Origin: Promethearchaeota archaeon
Lineage (GTDB): Archaea; Asgardarchaeota; Lokiarchaeia; Sigyniarchaeales; SOKP01
Direction: 5' to 3'
NCBI GenBank assembly: GCA_020343655.1
Contig: CP070805.1
Span: 1,047,503-1,097,591 of the forward strand
DNA: 50,089 nt
The notes beneath the pieces were generated by a model that saw only the letters and a list, made by a program, of their open reading frames with translations, had not been told where the DNA came from and ran no database searches. Shown here in pieces: positions 18,826 through 28,195 of this stretch (its first letter is position 1; every line of letters starts with the position of its first letter). The position numbers were made by a program, and so were the translations under genes.

Positions 18826-20421
18826 ATGTCTCTTGGATATTTTGGTTTAGTTTTGCATGGGCATATTCCATGGTGCAAGAAGTCGGGAACCTGGCCAGCA
18901 GGGGAAGAATGGCTCATGGAAGCTATGAATGAGACATATATTCCAATGTTAAATATTTTAAGGGAATTAAAGGATAAAGGAATCAAATCAGCTATTACTA
19001 TAAACATCACACCAATACTAGCTGAACAATTGGCAGATTCATATATGAAACAACGATTTACGGAATATATGGAGAATTTAATCTCACGTGCTAAAAATGA
19101 CATCAAAAGGTTTGAAGGTCATAATGAGAGAAAGAAAATTGCAGAATTTCATTTAAAAAATTTTAAATTTGTATTAGATGCTTTTTACCATAATTATTAT
19201 AGAGATATCCTTGGTAGTTTTAAGTGGCTTCAAGATGAGGGGATAATAGAGTTAATTACTTGCGCAGCAACTCATGGATTTTTACCCCTTCTTGAGAGCG
19301 ATTCAGGAATTTTTTCTCAAATTCAGATAGCTGTAGATACTTATAAAAAATATTTCCAAAGAGAACCAAAAGGCATCTGGCTTCCAGAGTGTGCTTATAG
19401 ACCTCAAGAGTATAAAAATGGTAAATTACGACAAAGTATTGATTATTGGTTAAATAATTCGGGGATAGAATACTTTTTTGTAGATTCTCATGGAATTTTA
19501 AATGCTGAGCTTCTGGAGCAGAAGAATAATATTGGTTTAAATACAAATTTTGGATATACTCTAGAATCAGGACTTTCTGTATTTGGCAGAAATAAAAAGA
19601 CAAGTAGGCAAATCTGGGATGCAAAAATAGGATATCCTGGAAATGAATATTATAGAGAATTTCATAAAAAAGATAATGAATCAGGCTTACATTATTGGAG
19701 AATTACTAGCAAAGAATTAGGAAAAGATGAGAAACAATTATATGATATTGCAAAAGCGGAAGAAATTGTTGATTCTCATGCTAATCACTTTGTTACGTTA
19801 GTTTCTGAAGAATTAAGACTATTTTCAAAAAATTTTAAGACTAAAGGGATTATTGTTTCTCCATACGATTTTGAGCTTTATGGTCATTGGTGGATGGAGG
19901 GGATATTGTGGTCAAAAAAAGTCTTCGAATTGATCCATAACCATAAAAATATTGAAATGACAACTATTTCTGACTATATATCCAAATTTAAGGATAATTT
20001 CTCTGTAATCAAAATGGGAGAGAGTAGTTGGGGGGAAGGAGGTCATTTTCAAGTTTGGAAGAATCCAGAACATGGTTGGATTTGGCCTTATATTAATGCA
20101 TCAGTAAAAGAGTTTGAAAATGTTTTAAAAGATATACCCAATCCAAATGATTGGGAAAATAAAATCTTTAAGCAAATCGCTCGTGAACTTATAATAATGG
20201 AAGGTAGTGATTGGCCCTTTCTTCTTTACACTAAACAAGCAAAAGAATATGCAAATCAAAGATTTCATCATCATCACCAACGATTTAATAAATTGATATG
20301 GGCTGTAAAGGATTCAAATGAAAAAAATCGTATTTCTATCAGAGAATTAGAAGAAATTGAATCAATAGATTCTTGTTTTAAAGATATTAATATAAATTAT
20401 TTTAGAAAAATTAAAGGATAA
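18826..20421 (+). CDS. GH57 1,4-alpha-glucan branching enzyme (DUF1957)
   Basis: LHGHIP, ETYIP, THGFLP, WLPECAY (nucleophile Glu), PYDFELYGHWW (acid/base Asp), SDWPF. Confidence 0.92.
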   Translation: MSLGYFGLVLHGHIPWCKKSGTWPAGEEWLMEAMNETYIPMLNILRELKDKGIKSAITINITPILAEQLADSYMKQRFTEYMENLISRAKNDIKRFEGHNERKKIAEFHLKNFKFVLDAFYHNYYRDILGSFKWLQDEGIIELITCAATHGFLPLLESDSGIFSQIQIAVDTYKKYFQREPKGIWLPECAYRPQEYKNGKLRQSIDYWLNNSGIEYFFVDSHGILNAELLEQKNNIGLNTNFGYTLESGLSVFGRNKKTSRQIWDAKIGYPGNEYYREFHKKDNESGLHYWRITSKELGKDEKQLYDIAKAEEIVDSHANHFVTLVSEELRLFSKNFKTKGIIVSPYDFELYGHWWMEGILWSKKVFELIHNHKNIEMTTISDYISKFKDNFSVIKMGESSWGEGGHFQVWKNPEHGWIWPYINASVKEFENVLKDIPNPNDWENKIFKQIARELIIMEGSDWPFLLYTKQAKEYANQRFHHHHQRFNKLIWAVKDSNEKNRISIRELEEIESIDSCFKDININYFRKIKG

Positions 20422-20959
20422 AAATCGCCGCAGCAACTACAGCTGCCCATTCGTTTTCTTCTCTTACTGTAGCATCAGCTGTAATATTTTTAGTCTCAAC
20501 TATTTTTCCTCCCATTTTAAATACTTCTCTTTTTTCATCATAATTTGCATCTGGATCAAAAGGAATACCGAGAGTTGTTGCTAACATTTCTGCTGCTAAA
20601 TCTTCAGCAATATCCCCTACTTTATCCGGTTTAACACCAAAAGAATGATGTTCACTTAAATATCCATATTGCCCCTTATCAGCAGGTTTCGCAACACCAA
20701 TAGAAGCACAGATCAATCGATTATATTCATTTGACTCTCTTCTAGCTAACACAGCAAAAACGATTTGACCTGAACGGAGCTGTTTTAGCCCATCTTCTTT
20801 AGTTATTTCAATACAATATGGAGGTAAAATAGAAGAAACATTCACGATATTATATTTTTCAATTCCAGCATCTCTGAGAGCTTCTTCGAAAGCAGCTAGC
20901 TTAGATTTGTGAAATCCCTTACCCTTAACAAAGAATACCTTTTTTGGGACTAAAGACAT
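20411..20959 (-). CDS. pdaD: Pyruvoyl-dependent arginine decarboxylase
   Basis: FEEALRDAGIEKYNIVNVSSILPP (Ser-Ser cleavage site), YGYLSEHH, AEMLATTLG. Confidence 0.93.
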   Translation of the reverse strand: MSLVPKKVFFVKGKGFHKSKLAAFEEALRDAGIEKYNIVNVSSILPPYCIEITKEDGLKQLRSGQIVFAVLARRESNEYNRLICASIGVAKPADKGQYGYLSEHHSFGVKPDKVGDIAEDLAAEMLATTLGIPFDPDANYDEKREVFKMGGKIVETKNITADATVREENEWAAVVAAAIFIL

Positions 20960-21292
20960 TATTTTATCATTCTTTCTTTATAATTTTCGATTAAGATTTT
21001 AATATTAAAAGTAATATTTAAACTTATTTTAAGCTCAAATAATATATTAAAATTTATGGCACTTAAATTGGATATATTATGCCTAATCCATCATAAGAAT
21101 AGAAAAATTTTGCTTAATAATAAAATTGGATATTATAAAGGATTAAAATCATGAGGGAAAAAATCCCATTAAATTTTGTCATAATTAAATACAAATCAGA
21201 GCGGAGTTTCAAATAAAGTGATATAATTTCAAGACTTTTTAAAAAAATACAAATAGATCATTTTAAAATCATTAACACATTTAATTTTATTT

Positions 21293-22282
21293 ATGAAAAC
21301 CCATCAAAAAGAAGATTATTTGATAAAAAAAGTTAAACCTTTCAATCCAAAAATAGTAACAAATGTAAATGATCTTATTACTGCTTTAAAAGATTGTGGT
21401 TTCCAAGGAAGAAATCTTGGTTTAGCTCTTGATATCTTAGAAAAAATGGTTTCTGATAAAAATTGCCTTACTGTGTTAACTCTAAGCGGTGCGATGGTTC
21501 CTGCGGGGATGGGAGAACTAATTTCGGTATTAATGGAATATAAGTTAATTGATGTATTAATTAGTACCGGTGCTAATATAATACACGATTTAGTAGATGC
21601 TGCAAGTAATATAGGACACTACCTAGGAAGTCCCAATGTAAATGATGATGAATTATTCAAACATCGGATTAATAGGATTTATGATATCTTCCTTCCTGAA
21701 GAAAACTATGATAAAGCAGACTTAAAATTATTAGAAATAATTCAATCTTCATTCAAAATGAAAAACATTCAAATAAAACCCTCAGAGTTTCTAAAAAAGA
21801 TTGGTAGTAAACTATCAGGAAATAGCATCCTTTCAATGGCAGCTAAAAATAATCTCCCAATATTTATCCCGGCCTTTTCAGACTCAGAATTAGCTTTGAA
21901 ACTTATTAAGTACGATCTATATGAGGGATATGATTTTCAGTTCGATATCTTAGGGGATGTGAAGAAATTTGGAGAAATTGTTAAAAATTATGAAGAATAT
22001 GGAACTATTATCATAGGAGGTGGTGTTCCACGGAATTGGGCTCAACAAATCTTTCCTATGCTAGATCAATTCGATAGGATAGAGAAAATGGGTTATACTT
22101 ACTCAGTTCGCATTCACACAGCTATGGAGTATGATGGAGGACTTTCAGGAAGTACATTTTCAGAAGCTAAATCATGGGGTAAATATTCTTTGGAGTCAAA
22201 ACATGTAAGTGTTTGGTGTGATGCTACAATCGCTTTACCTATTTTAATTACAGGTTTATTGCAACGCTTAAAAATTATTTAG
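21293..22282 (+). CDS. dys: Deoxyhypusine synthase family protein
   Basis: GFQG, SGAMVPAG, STGAN..HD, INRIYD, GGGVPRN, GGLSG..FSEAKSWGK (catalytic Lys), CDATI. Confidence 0.9.
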   Translation: MKTHQKEDYLIKKVKPFNPKIVTNVNDLITALKDCGFQGRNLGLALDILEKMVSDKNCLTVLTLSGAMVPAGMGELISVLMEYKLIDVLISTGANIIHDLVDAASNIGHYLGSPNVNDDELFKHRINRIYDIFLPEENYDKADLKLLEIIQSSFKMKNIQIKPSEFLKKIGSKLSGNSILSMAAKNNLPIFIPAFSDSELALKLIKYDLYEGYDFQFDILGDVKKFGEIVKNYEEYGTIIIGGGVPRNWAQQIFPMLDQFDRIEKMGYTYSVRIHTAMEYDGGLSGSTFSEAKSWGKYSLESKHVSVWCDATIALPILITGLLQRLKII

Positions 22283-22413
22283 TTTACTTTAGTTATTTAG
22301 ACTATCAAGAAATATTTTTCTGTAGCTTTCTCTAATATTTTAATTATAGTGTTTTCAAATCCATTCTCTTTTAAATTATCTTTGTCCTTAATCTAGCTAT
22401 TTTTGATAAAACC

Positions 22414-22617
22414 CTAAAAAATAACTATTATGGCTTCAAGTTCTATAAATAAAACAAAATTAAATATAGTAAGACCCTTCATTTTACCAGTTAAAGTACC
22501 TACTTCAAAACAATACAATAAAGAAATAGTTATAAAATCGAATTTCTTTGATGAATAACTAATTAAAATAACGATAAATGTAATAAATATTACAATTAGG
22601 AGCCAAAAATCCTCCAA
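22414..22617 (-). pseudogene. Truncated N-terminus of a membrane transporter (SLC13/ArsB-like) or small membrane protein
   Basis: Hydrophobic 67 aa ending FIELEAIIVIF*, resembling the IxWExI motif near the start of ion-transporter-superfamily permeases; downstream frames are stop-rich. Confidence 0.4.
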
Positions 22618-22804
22618 AATATTTGGGGCTTTACATATTTAATTGTAAAATAAACTTTATAAAAGTGAAAATAAAATTTAAACTTGATTGAATTTAAATT
22701 AAATTAATTATCTTATCTCATTGTAAAAAGTAAAAGTTCTTAATAAAATAAAAAATTTCTATCATAGATTAATCTCTACATTTTCTAATAAGGTTATTTC
22801 CCTA

Positions 22805-23914
22805 TTGAATGGTGAAGTAGTTTTCTTTCGATTAACGGATGTAGGACGAAGTATTGATTTGAAAAAAATAAATAGAATTATTCCTGCAATTCAAGATAAA
22901 AAAATTATCAAAACTAAAGACACTCCTTCATATGTAGATTTTCCAGATCCTTTACTTTTGGAGGTTACTCAAGAAATATCCTCTGAATTAAAGAATGTTG
23001 AAGATTTAAATCTACATATTAAATTATATTCTGATGGCGTGATTTCTTTAATCGCTAGACTTGTTTTTCGAGATTTCTCATTTAAAGAATTGCACACCTT
23101 AAGGAGAATTAAATTTAAGACTTCTGATGGTGAATTTCAGATAAACAATTTTTTGAAATATCATCATAATAAAATATTTAATCAAATAAGAGAGTGTATT
23201 GGTGAGGAAGGTTTTATATTTGGTGAATCTGAGCATGAAAAATATACATTATATTGTTTAACTGATGAATTTGAAGACCCTAAAAAATTTATAGAAAATG
23301 AGAGAGGTTATATATCAGCTCTACTTATGGGAGAAAATCCTGAACTAAATCTTAGCAAAGATCAGATTAATAAAACACTTAGAAATCCTTTTTCATTTTT
23401 AAAAAATGATTTGATAATATTTGATTTTGAAAGAGGATTAATTATCGATCCTAATTATGATTATGAAGATATTTTACTAGTTGTTGAGATCGCTAATTTC
23501 CAATTGCTCGAATTACGTACTTTAGACAAATTATTGGATAGAAGGTTAACAATAGCAGAAGAAGATATACGTAAAATTTATTTTAGAAGTCGAAGTTTAT
23601 TTAGAAGATTCAAGAGAAGGGTTGGGCGAATAATTCGATTAAGGTATGATCTGTTATTTTTGTTAGAAAATATTGAAAATGTTTCAAAACTAATTGGAGA
23701 CTATTTTTTGGCTGAAATATATACACACTTGGCGGAGTTATTTCAATTAAAAGAATGGAGCAATAGTATAAGACATCGGCTTGAAACATTAGAAGATATT
23801 TATAATGTCACACAAACTAATATTAATGAAAAGTTTCTACTTTATGTTGAAATTCTACTTAGCTTTATTTTTATAATGGAATTTATCCTCCTTTTAATTG
23901 ATTTCTTCTTTTAA
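22805..23914 (+). CDS. RMD1/DUF155-like protein with C-terminal TM helix
   Basis: QLLELRTLDKLLD, ENVSKLIGDYFLAEIY, W..SI..RL..LEDIY, hydrophobic C-terminus. Confidence 0.65.
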   Translation: MNGEVVFFRLTDVGRSIDLKKINRIIPAIQDKKIIKTKDTPSYVDFPDPLLLEVTQEISSELKNVEDLNLHIKLYSDGVISLIARLVFRDFSFKELHTLRRIKFKTSDGEFQINNFLKYHHNKIFNQIRECIGEEGFIFGESEHEKYTLYCLTDEFEDPKKFIENERGYISALLMGENPELNLSKDQINKTLRNPFSFLKNDLIIFDFERGLIIDPNYDYEDILLVVEIANFQLLELRTLDKLLDRRLTIAEEDIRKIYFRSRSLFRRFKRRVGRIIRLRYDLLFLLENIENVSKLIGDYFLAEIYTHLAELFQLKEWSNSIRHRLETLEDIYNVTQTNINEKFLLYVEILLSFIFIMEFILLLIDFFF

Positions 23915-23945
23915 ATAGCTATATCTTCTTTATTTGTGACTCAAC

Positions 23946-25166
23946 TCACAAGAAAATATCGGATATAGGAAAATCATCTTTTTTTTTAGACATAATTTTA
24001 TCTATAGCCTTAATAAAATCTTCATGGGAAATAATTTCAGAATTTTTTCTAATAGCATACATACCTGCTTCTGTGCAAATTCCTTTAATATCTGAACCCG
24101 TTGCACTTTTAGTAAGAGCTATTAATTTTTTTATCTCAAGGTTCTCTTCAAAATGGAGCGTTCTCATATGGACTTTGAAGATTGCTTCTCTTGCTTTTTC
24201 ATTAGGAATAGGGAATTCTACTAATCGATCAAATCGACCTGGTCTTAATAAAGCGGGATCCAAAATATCTGCTCTATTTGTTGCACCAATAAATTTTATG
24301 TCACCTCTTTGATCAAACCCATCTAATTCACTTAATAATTGCATTAATGTTCTATTTACTTCTCTATCACCTGAGGTATCATCTTGCATTCTTATGGCTC
24401 CAATTGCATCTAACTCATCGATAAAAAGAATAGTAGGGGCTTTTTGTCTTGCTAAGCTAAATATTTCTCTAACATATTGAGAACCTTCACCTATGAATTT
24501 TTGAACTAATTCTGTTGCAACAACTTTAATAAATGTTGCATTTGCTTCATGAGCAACAGCTTTAGCTAATAAAGTTTTCCCAGTTCCAGGTAAACCATAA
24601 AAAAGTACGCCTTTAGGAGGTTCTATCCCTATCTTTTTGAATAATTCTGGTTTTTTTAATGGTAATTCTATTATTTCTTTAACTTCTTGAATTTGATTTT
24701 CTAAACCTCCTATATCATTATATGAAATATCAATAGGGCAATCGATTATTTCCATACCCCTCACAAATGGGTTAAAATTGGAGGGTAGTATTTCCATTAC
24801 AGCATAATTTCGTTGATTTAAGGCCACATGTAATCCGGGGACTATCTTTTCTTCTTTCAATCTATTACTAATTCTAACTACAAAACTAGAGTTAGGTGGA
24901 CTTTCTATAATTGCCCGGTCATTAATATCATCTAAAATATCAATGATATATCCTGATAATAAGGGAAGTTCACTTAATCGCTCAATTTCTGAACGCAAAC
25001 TTTTTACTTCAAATTCCACCTTTGTTATGCTATTTCTTAATAAATTTACATCGATTTCATATTCCTTTATTTTTTTCTCAAGATGACGTATATATGAAGT
25101 TACTTTCTCTACATTCTCCGGATCTTTTTTACCATTTTCACTTTCTATAGCGGTCATTTTTATCAT
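23946..25166 (-). CDS. pan: Proteasome-activating nucleotidase (AAA+)
   Basis: N-terminal coiled coil and OB fold; YNDIGGLENQIQE; Walker A GLPGTGKT; pore loop KFIGEG; Walker B FIDE; LRPGRFDR. Confidence 0.93.
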   Translation of the reverse strand: MIKMTAIESENGKKDPENVEKVTSYIRHLEKKIKEYEIDVNLLRNSITKVEFEVKSLRSEIERLSELPLLSGYIIDILDDINDRAIIESPPNSSFVVRISNRLKEEKIVPGLHVALNQRNYAVMEILPSNFNPFVRGMEIIDCPIDISYNDIGGLENQIQEVKEIIELPLKKPELFKKIGIEPPKGVLFYGLPGTGKTLLAKAVAHEANATFIKVVATELVQKFIGEGSQYVREIFSLARQKAPTILFIDELDAIGAIRMQDDTSGDREVNRTLMQLLSELDGFDQRGDIKFIGATNRADILDPALLRPGRFDRLVEFPIPNEKAREAIFKVHMRTLHFEENLEIKKLIALTKSATGSDIKGICTEAGMYAIRKNSEIISHEDFIKAIDKIMSKKKDDFPISDIFL

Positions 25167-25190
25167 AAGGATTTAATATTGGAACAATAA

Positions 25191-27125
25191 TTATTTTAAT
25201 CCAATTCTTTTTATTGCTACTTCTAAAATTTTATTTAACATATCCTTATAAGGAATATTAGCAAAATTACACATTTTTGCTAGATGACCATCCCAACACC
25301 AACCAGGATTAGGATTTACTTCTAAAAGCTTGGGATTTCCTTTAGAATCTAAACGCCAATCAAATCGAGCATAATCTTGACATTCTAATCGTTCGAATAA
25401 TTTGAGAGAACAATTTTCAATAACTTCAATTGTATTTTGTGGAAGATTTGCTAAAGTAGATTTAATATTCCAATAAGGAGAATCTGGTAACCATTTTGCT
25501 TCATAACCACAAATTTGTGGTAATTCCGGAGGTAAACTTGAATAATCTTCTTCAATTATTGGAAGTATAATAAAATTATCTGGTGGATTTCCGATTATTC
25601 CAACAGTGAGATCCTTACCAGTAAGAAATTGTTCAACTAAAACTGGCTTATCATAGCCAAATTTTTCACGAATCTCTGAAATTGCAAGTAATAATTCCTC
25701 TCCATTTTTAACTACACTTCTCTGAGTAATCCCAAAACTAGAGTCCCCAAAATTTGGTTTTACAATCGCTGGGAAATATAGAGGTAAATCTATTACTTTT
25801 TCTTCTGGTTTAATGAAAATTGCTTCTGGAACTGGAATCTCTAATTCTTTTGCAATACCTCTTACTAATGATTTATCATAACAAAAGGCTAAACATTGAG
25901 GTCCAGATCCTGTATATGGTATTTCAAGAATATCAAGTAGAGCGGGTATGTGCAATTCCTTCCTAGCATCGTTGTAATAACCTTCATCGCATAAATTAAA
26001 AACAAAATCAATTTTACTATTTAAATTTTGTAAATCTTGAATAAGAGTGTTGTGATTATCTAAATATGAAAAATTATATTCATTAAACTCCTTTAGTGCT
26101 GCTTTTAATTGATTTATTGTAAAGAAATCATCATCATCAAACTTTTGTAAGGGTTTAAGTACATCGGGTTTATTAGGGTCTCCCAAAATAACAATGGTAT
26201 TTCTTTTAACTCGTTTTTCTTTCTCTTTAATCTGTGTCCATTCTTTTTTAACAAAAGCGCTGACAATAATCCTTTTTTCCATCATTCCTAAATCTTGGTT
26301 TCGTTGAGATTCAGGAGTAATCGAACCATGGAAAATAACATCACTAAAACCTACTTTTTCTAATAACTCTGAAATCCCTATTTTTGAGTATAATCTTTCT
26401 GCGTAAAACTGATCCACTAATACTCCTTTATTAACATGGGTTATTACTTCCCTTGATATCAATTTTTGTTTGTCTAAAGATAAAGTTCTTTCTCGACAAA
26501 CGAAAAAATTCTTATCAATCCACTCCCATGAACGGGATTGGAAATTTTCTCTAAGAAATTCTCCATCAGTCATATCTATTAATATTTTTCCCCACGGTTT
26601 TAAAACACGGAAAACTTCTTTTAGTACTAGAAGATCATCATTTATTGATTCAAAATATCCAAAACTATTACCTAAAATCATTACAATGTCAAATGTGTCT
26701 GGATTATATGGTAATTTTCTCGCATCTCCTTCACGAAATTTACATAAAACTCCACACTTTTTTGCATTACTTTTAGCTTTTTGAATTAAATATCTTGAGC
26801 GATCTAATCCAAAGACATTTTTAAAACCTCTATTGGCTAATTCAATAGAATGTCTTCCTTGACCACAACAAAGATCAAGAATCTGATGATCCCGATTAAA
26901 TTGCATAACTTTTGAAAAAAAGTCAATTTCAAATTCTGTGATTCTTTGATCTTCAACTACATCACCATCTGTTTTTAAATAATAAGCATTAAATATCCTT
27001 TTCCACCAATCCTGTTTGACATATTCTTCTAAGTCAAGAACAGGTCCCAAACATATGGATGTAGCTTTTTCTTTATTCTCAAAAATTCTTTTTCTATTAT
27101 TTGAATTGTTTATTTGAGATAACAT
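25191..27125 (-). CDS. Class I SAM methyltransferase fused to D-Ala-D-Ala-ligase-type ATP-grasp domain
   Basis: ILDLCCGQGRH, GDAR, NSFGYF; then FNLCDEG, IPYTGS, DKS, VKP..GDSSFGI, ARFDWR, LEVNPNPG. Confidence 0.9.
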   Translation of the reverse strand: MLSQINNSNNRKRIFENKEKATSICLGPVLDLEEYVKQDWWKRIFNAYYLKTDGDVVEDQRITEFEIDFFSKVMQFNRDHQILDLCCGQGRHSIELANRGFKNVFGLDRSRYLIQKAKSNAKKCGVLCKFREGDARKLPYNPDTFDIVMILGNSFGYFESINDDLLVLKEVFRVLKPWGKILIDMTDGEFLRENFQSRSWEWIDKNFFVCRERTLSLDKQKLISREVITHVNKGVLVDQFYAERLYSKIGISELLEKVGFSDVIFHGSITPESQRNQDLGMMEKRIIVSAFVKKEWTQIKEKEKRVKRNTIVILGDPNKPDVLKPLQKFDDDDFFTINQLKAALKEFNEYNFSYLDNHNTLIQDLQNLNSKIDFVFNLCDEGYYNDARKELHIPALLDILEIPYTGSGPQCLAFCYDKSLVRGIAKELEIPVPEAIFIKPEEKVIDLPLYFPAIVKPNFGDSSFGITQRSVVKNGEELLLAISEIREKFGYDKPVLVEQFLTGKDLTVGIIGNPPDNFIILPIIEEDYSSLPPELPQICGYEAKWLPDSPYWNIKSTLANLPQNTIEVIENCSLKLFERLECQDYARFDWRLDSKGNPKLLEVNPNPGWCWDGHLAKMCNFANIPYKDMLNKILEVAIKRIGLK

Positions 27126-27955
27126 TTTGAATTGATATAAAAAATTTTGATTTTGATAAATAATGAAAAAAATAAAGGCTTTTTAATTCAGATAAAGTTA
27201 TTAATATTTTTGCATACATATTTAAAAGGGATACACGGAGATTAATCTTTCTTAATATTTCAATAGGAATATTAAATCTCATCAATCTTTTAATCTGTTA
27301 CCCTTAATATGTTATTTAGAATTAACTTTACTTCATTCTATTAAAAATTTATATTTGAAATTAATAATAAATAAAATCATTTAAAAACTTTTTCATTATA
27401 TTTCTACTCTCTAAAACAAATCTCAATATGCTGAGATACCTTAAAAATTATACTATATATCTTCAATCTTAGAAGTAGGATAAAATAATGTTTTAAACAG
27501 ATAAATGTTAATTTACTTTAACACTTCCTCTTCTTTTTATAAGTAAATTTGATGATCAAGTTATTATTAATAATAATTTTATCTTTCCTTTTAAAGGTAA
27601 ATATACGGCACCAGAAAAAGTCTCTAAATTAGAATTTATATTAGAAATTAAACATTTCCTTTAATTAATTAATGTTTCTAAAATTAATTTAAATCATAAA
27701 GAATTTTTTAAGAATTAAATATTTCTTTAATAATGGTAAAGAACAAAATTTTACATTTAAAAAAAAAAAACTCTTAGAAATAACTTAAGTGTTCAGAGGT
27801 ATTTTGAAATTTTAAATGCACTGAGCTAATTTACTTTATCTGAATTATTTTTATTTTAAATAAAAAAGTTTTTATATAAAAACTGTTTTTATTCGTACTT
27901 GAAATTCTATTATTAATTCATAATATTAAAAATAATAAAAAAAGAGGTTGGTAAA

Positions 27956-28093
27956 TTGAGTCCTAAACAAAAGAAGGGGAAGCAAAGGTTCGAAGAAGAA
28001 GATGATTGGGATGAGGACGTAGAATATGATGATGATGAAGACTGGGATGAAGATTGGGATGATTATGAAGACTTGAAAGAAGATTTTTTCTAA
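27956..28093 (+). CDS. 45-aa acidic Trp-rich microprotein (not in the ORF track)
   Basis: TTG start with GAGGT SD at 27944-27948: MSPKQKKGKQRFEEEDDWDEDVEYDDDEDWDEDWDDYEDLKEDFF*. A purine-rich coding island in an AT-rich spacer; tandem stop TAA TAG. Confidence 0.8.
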   Translation: MSPKQKKGKQRFEEEDDWDEDVEYDDDEDWDEDWDDYEDLKEDFF

Positions 28094-28195
28094 TAGACCT
28101 CAGAATATCATTAAACCTAATTATATTCATCCAAGTTTTAGAAAATCTTAATCATACTTTTTTATGAATTTTAAATGGAAATTTTTTAGTTAAAA

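Noticed and set aside
25191-26200. Ddl domain as evidence of peptidoglycan or bacterial contamination
   Set aside because: No mur genes; flanking genes are archaeal and base composition looks similar.
27126-27950. ~800-nt very AT-rich spacer as a replication origin or ncRNA
   Set aside because: I found no ORB-like repeats, no adjacent cdc6/orc1 and no GC-rich structure; it is best read as divergent promoter or decayed DNA. The 27097-27285 ORF is unconvincing.
28000-28075. GATGA/GATTGG repeats as a CRISPR or tandem DNA repeat
   Set aside because: They are explained by Asp/Glu/Trp codons of the microprotein; there is no repeat-spacer periodicity.
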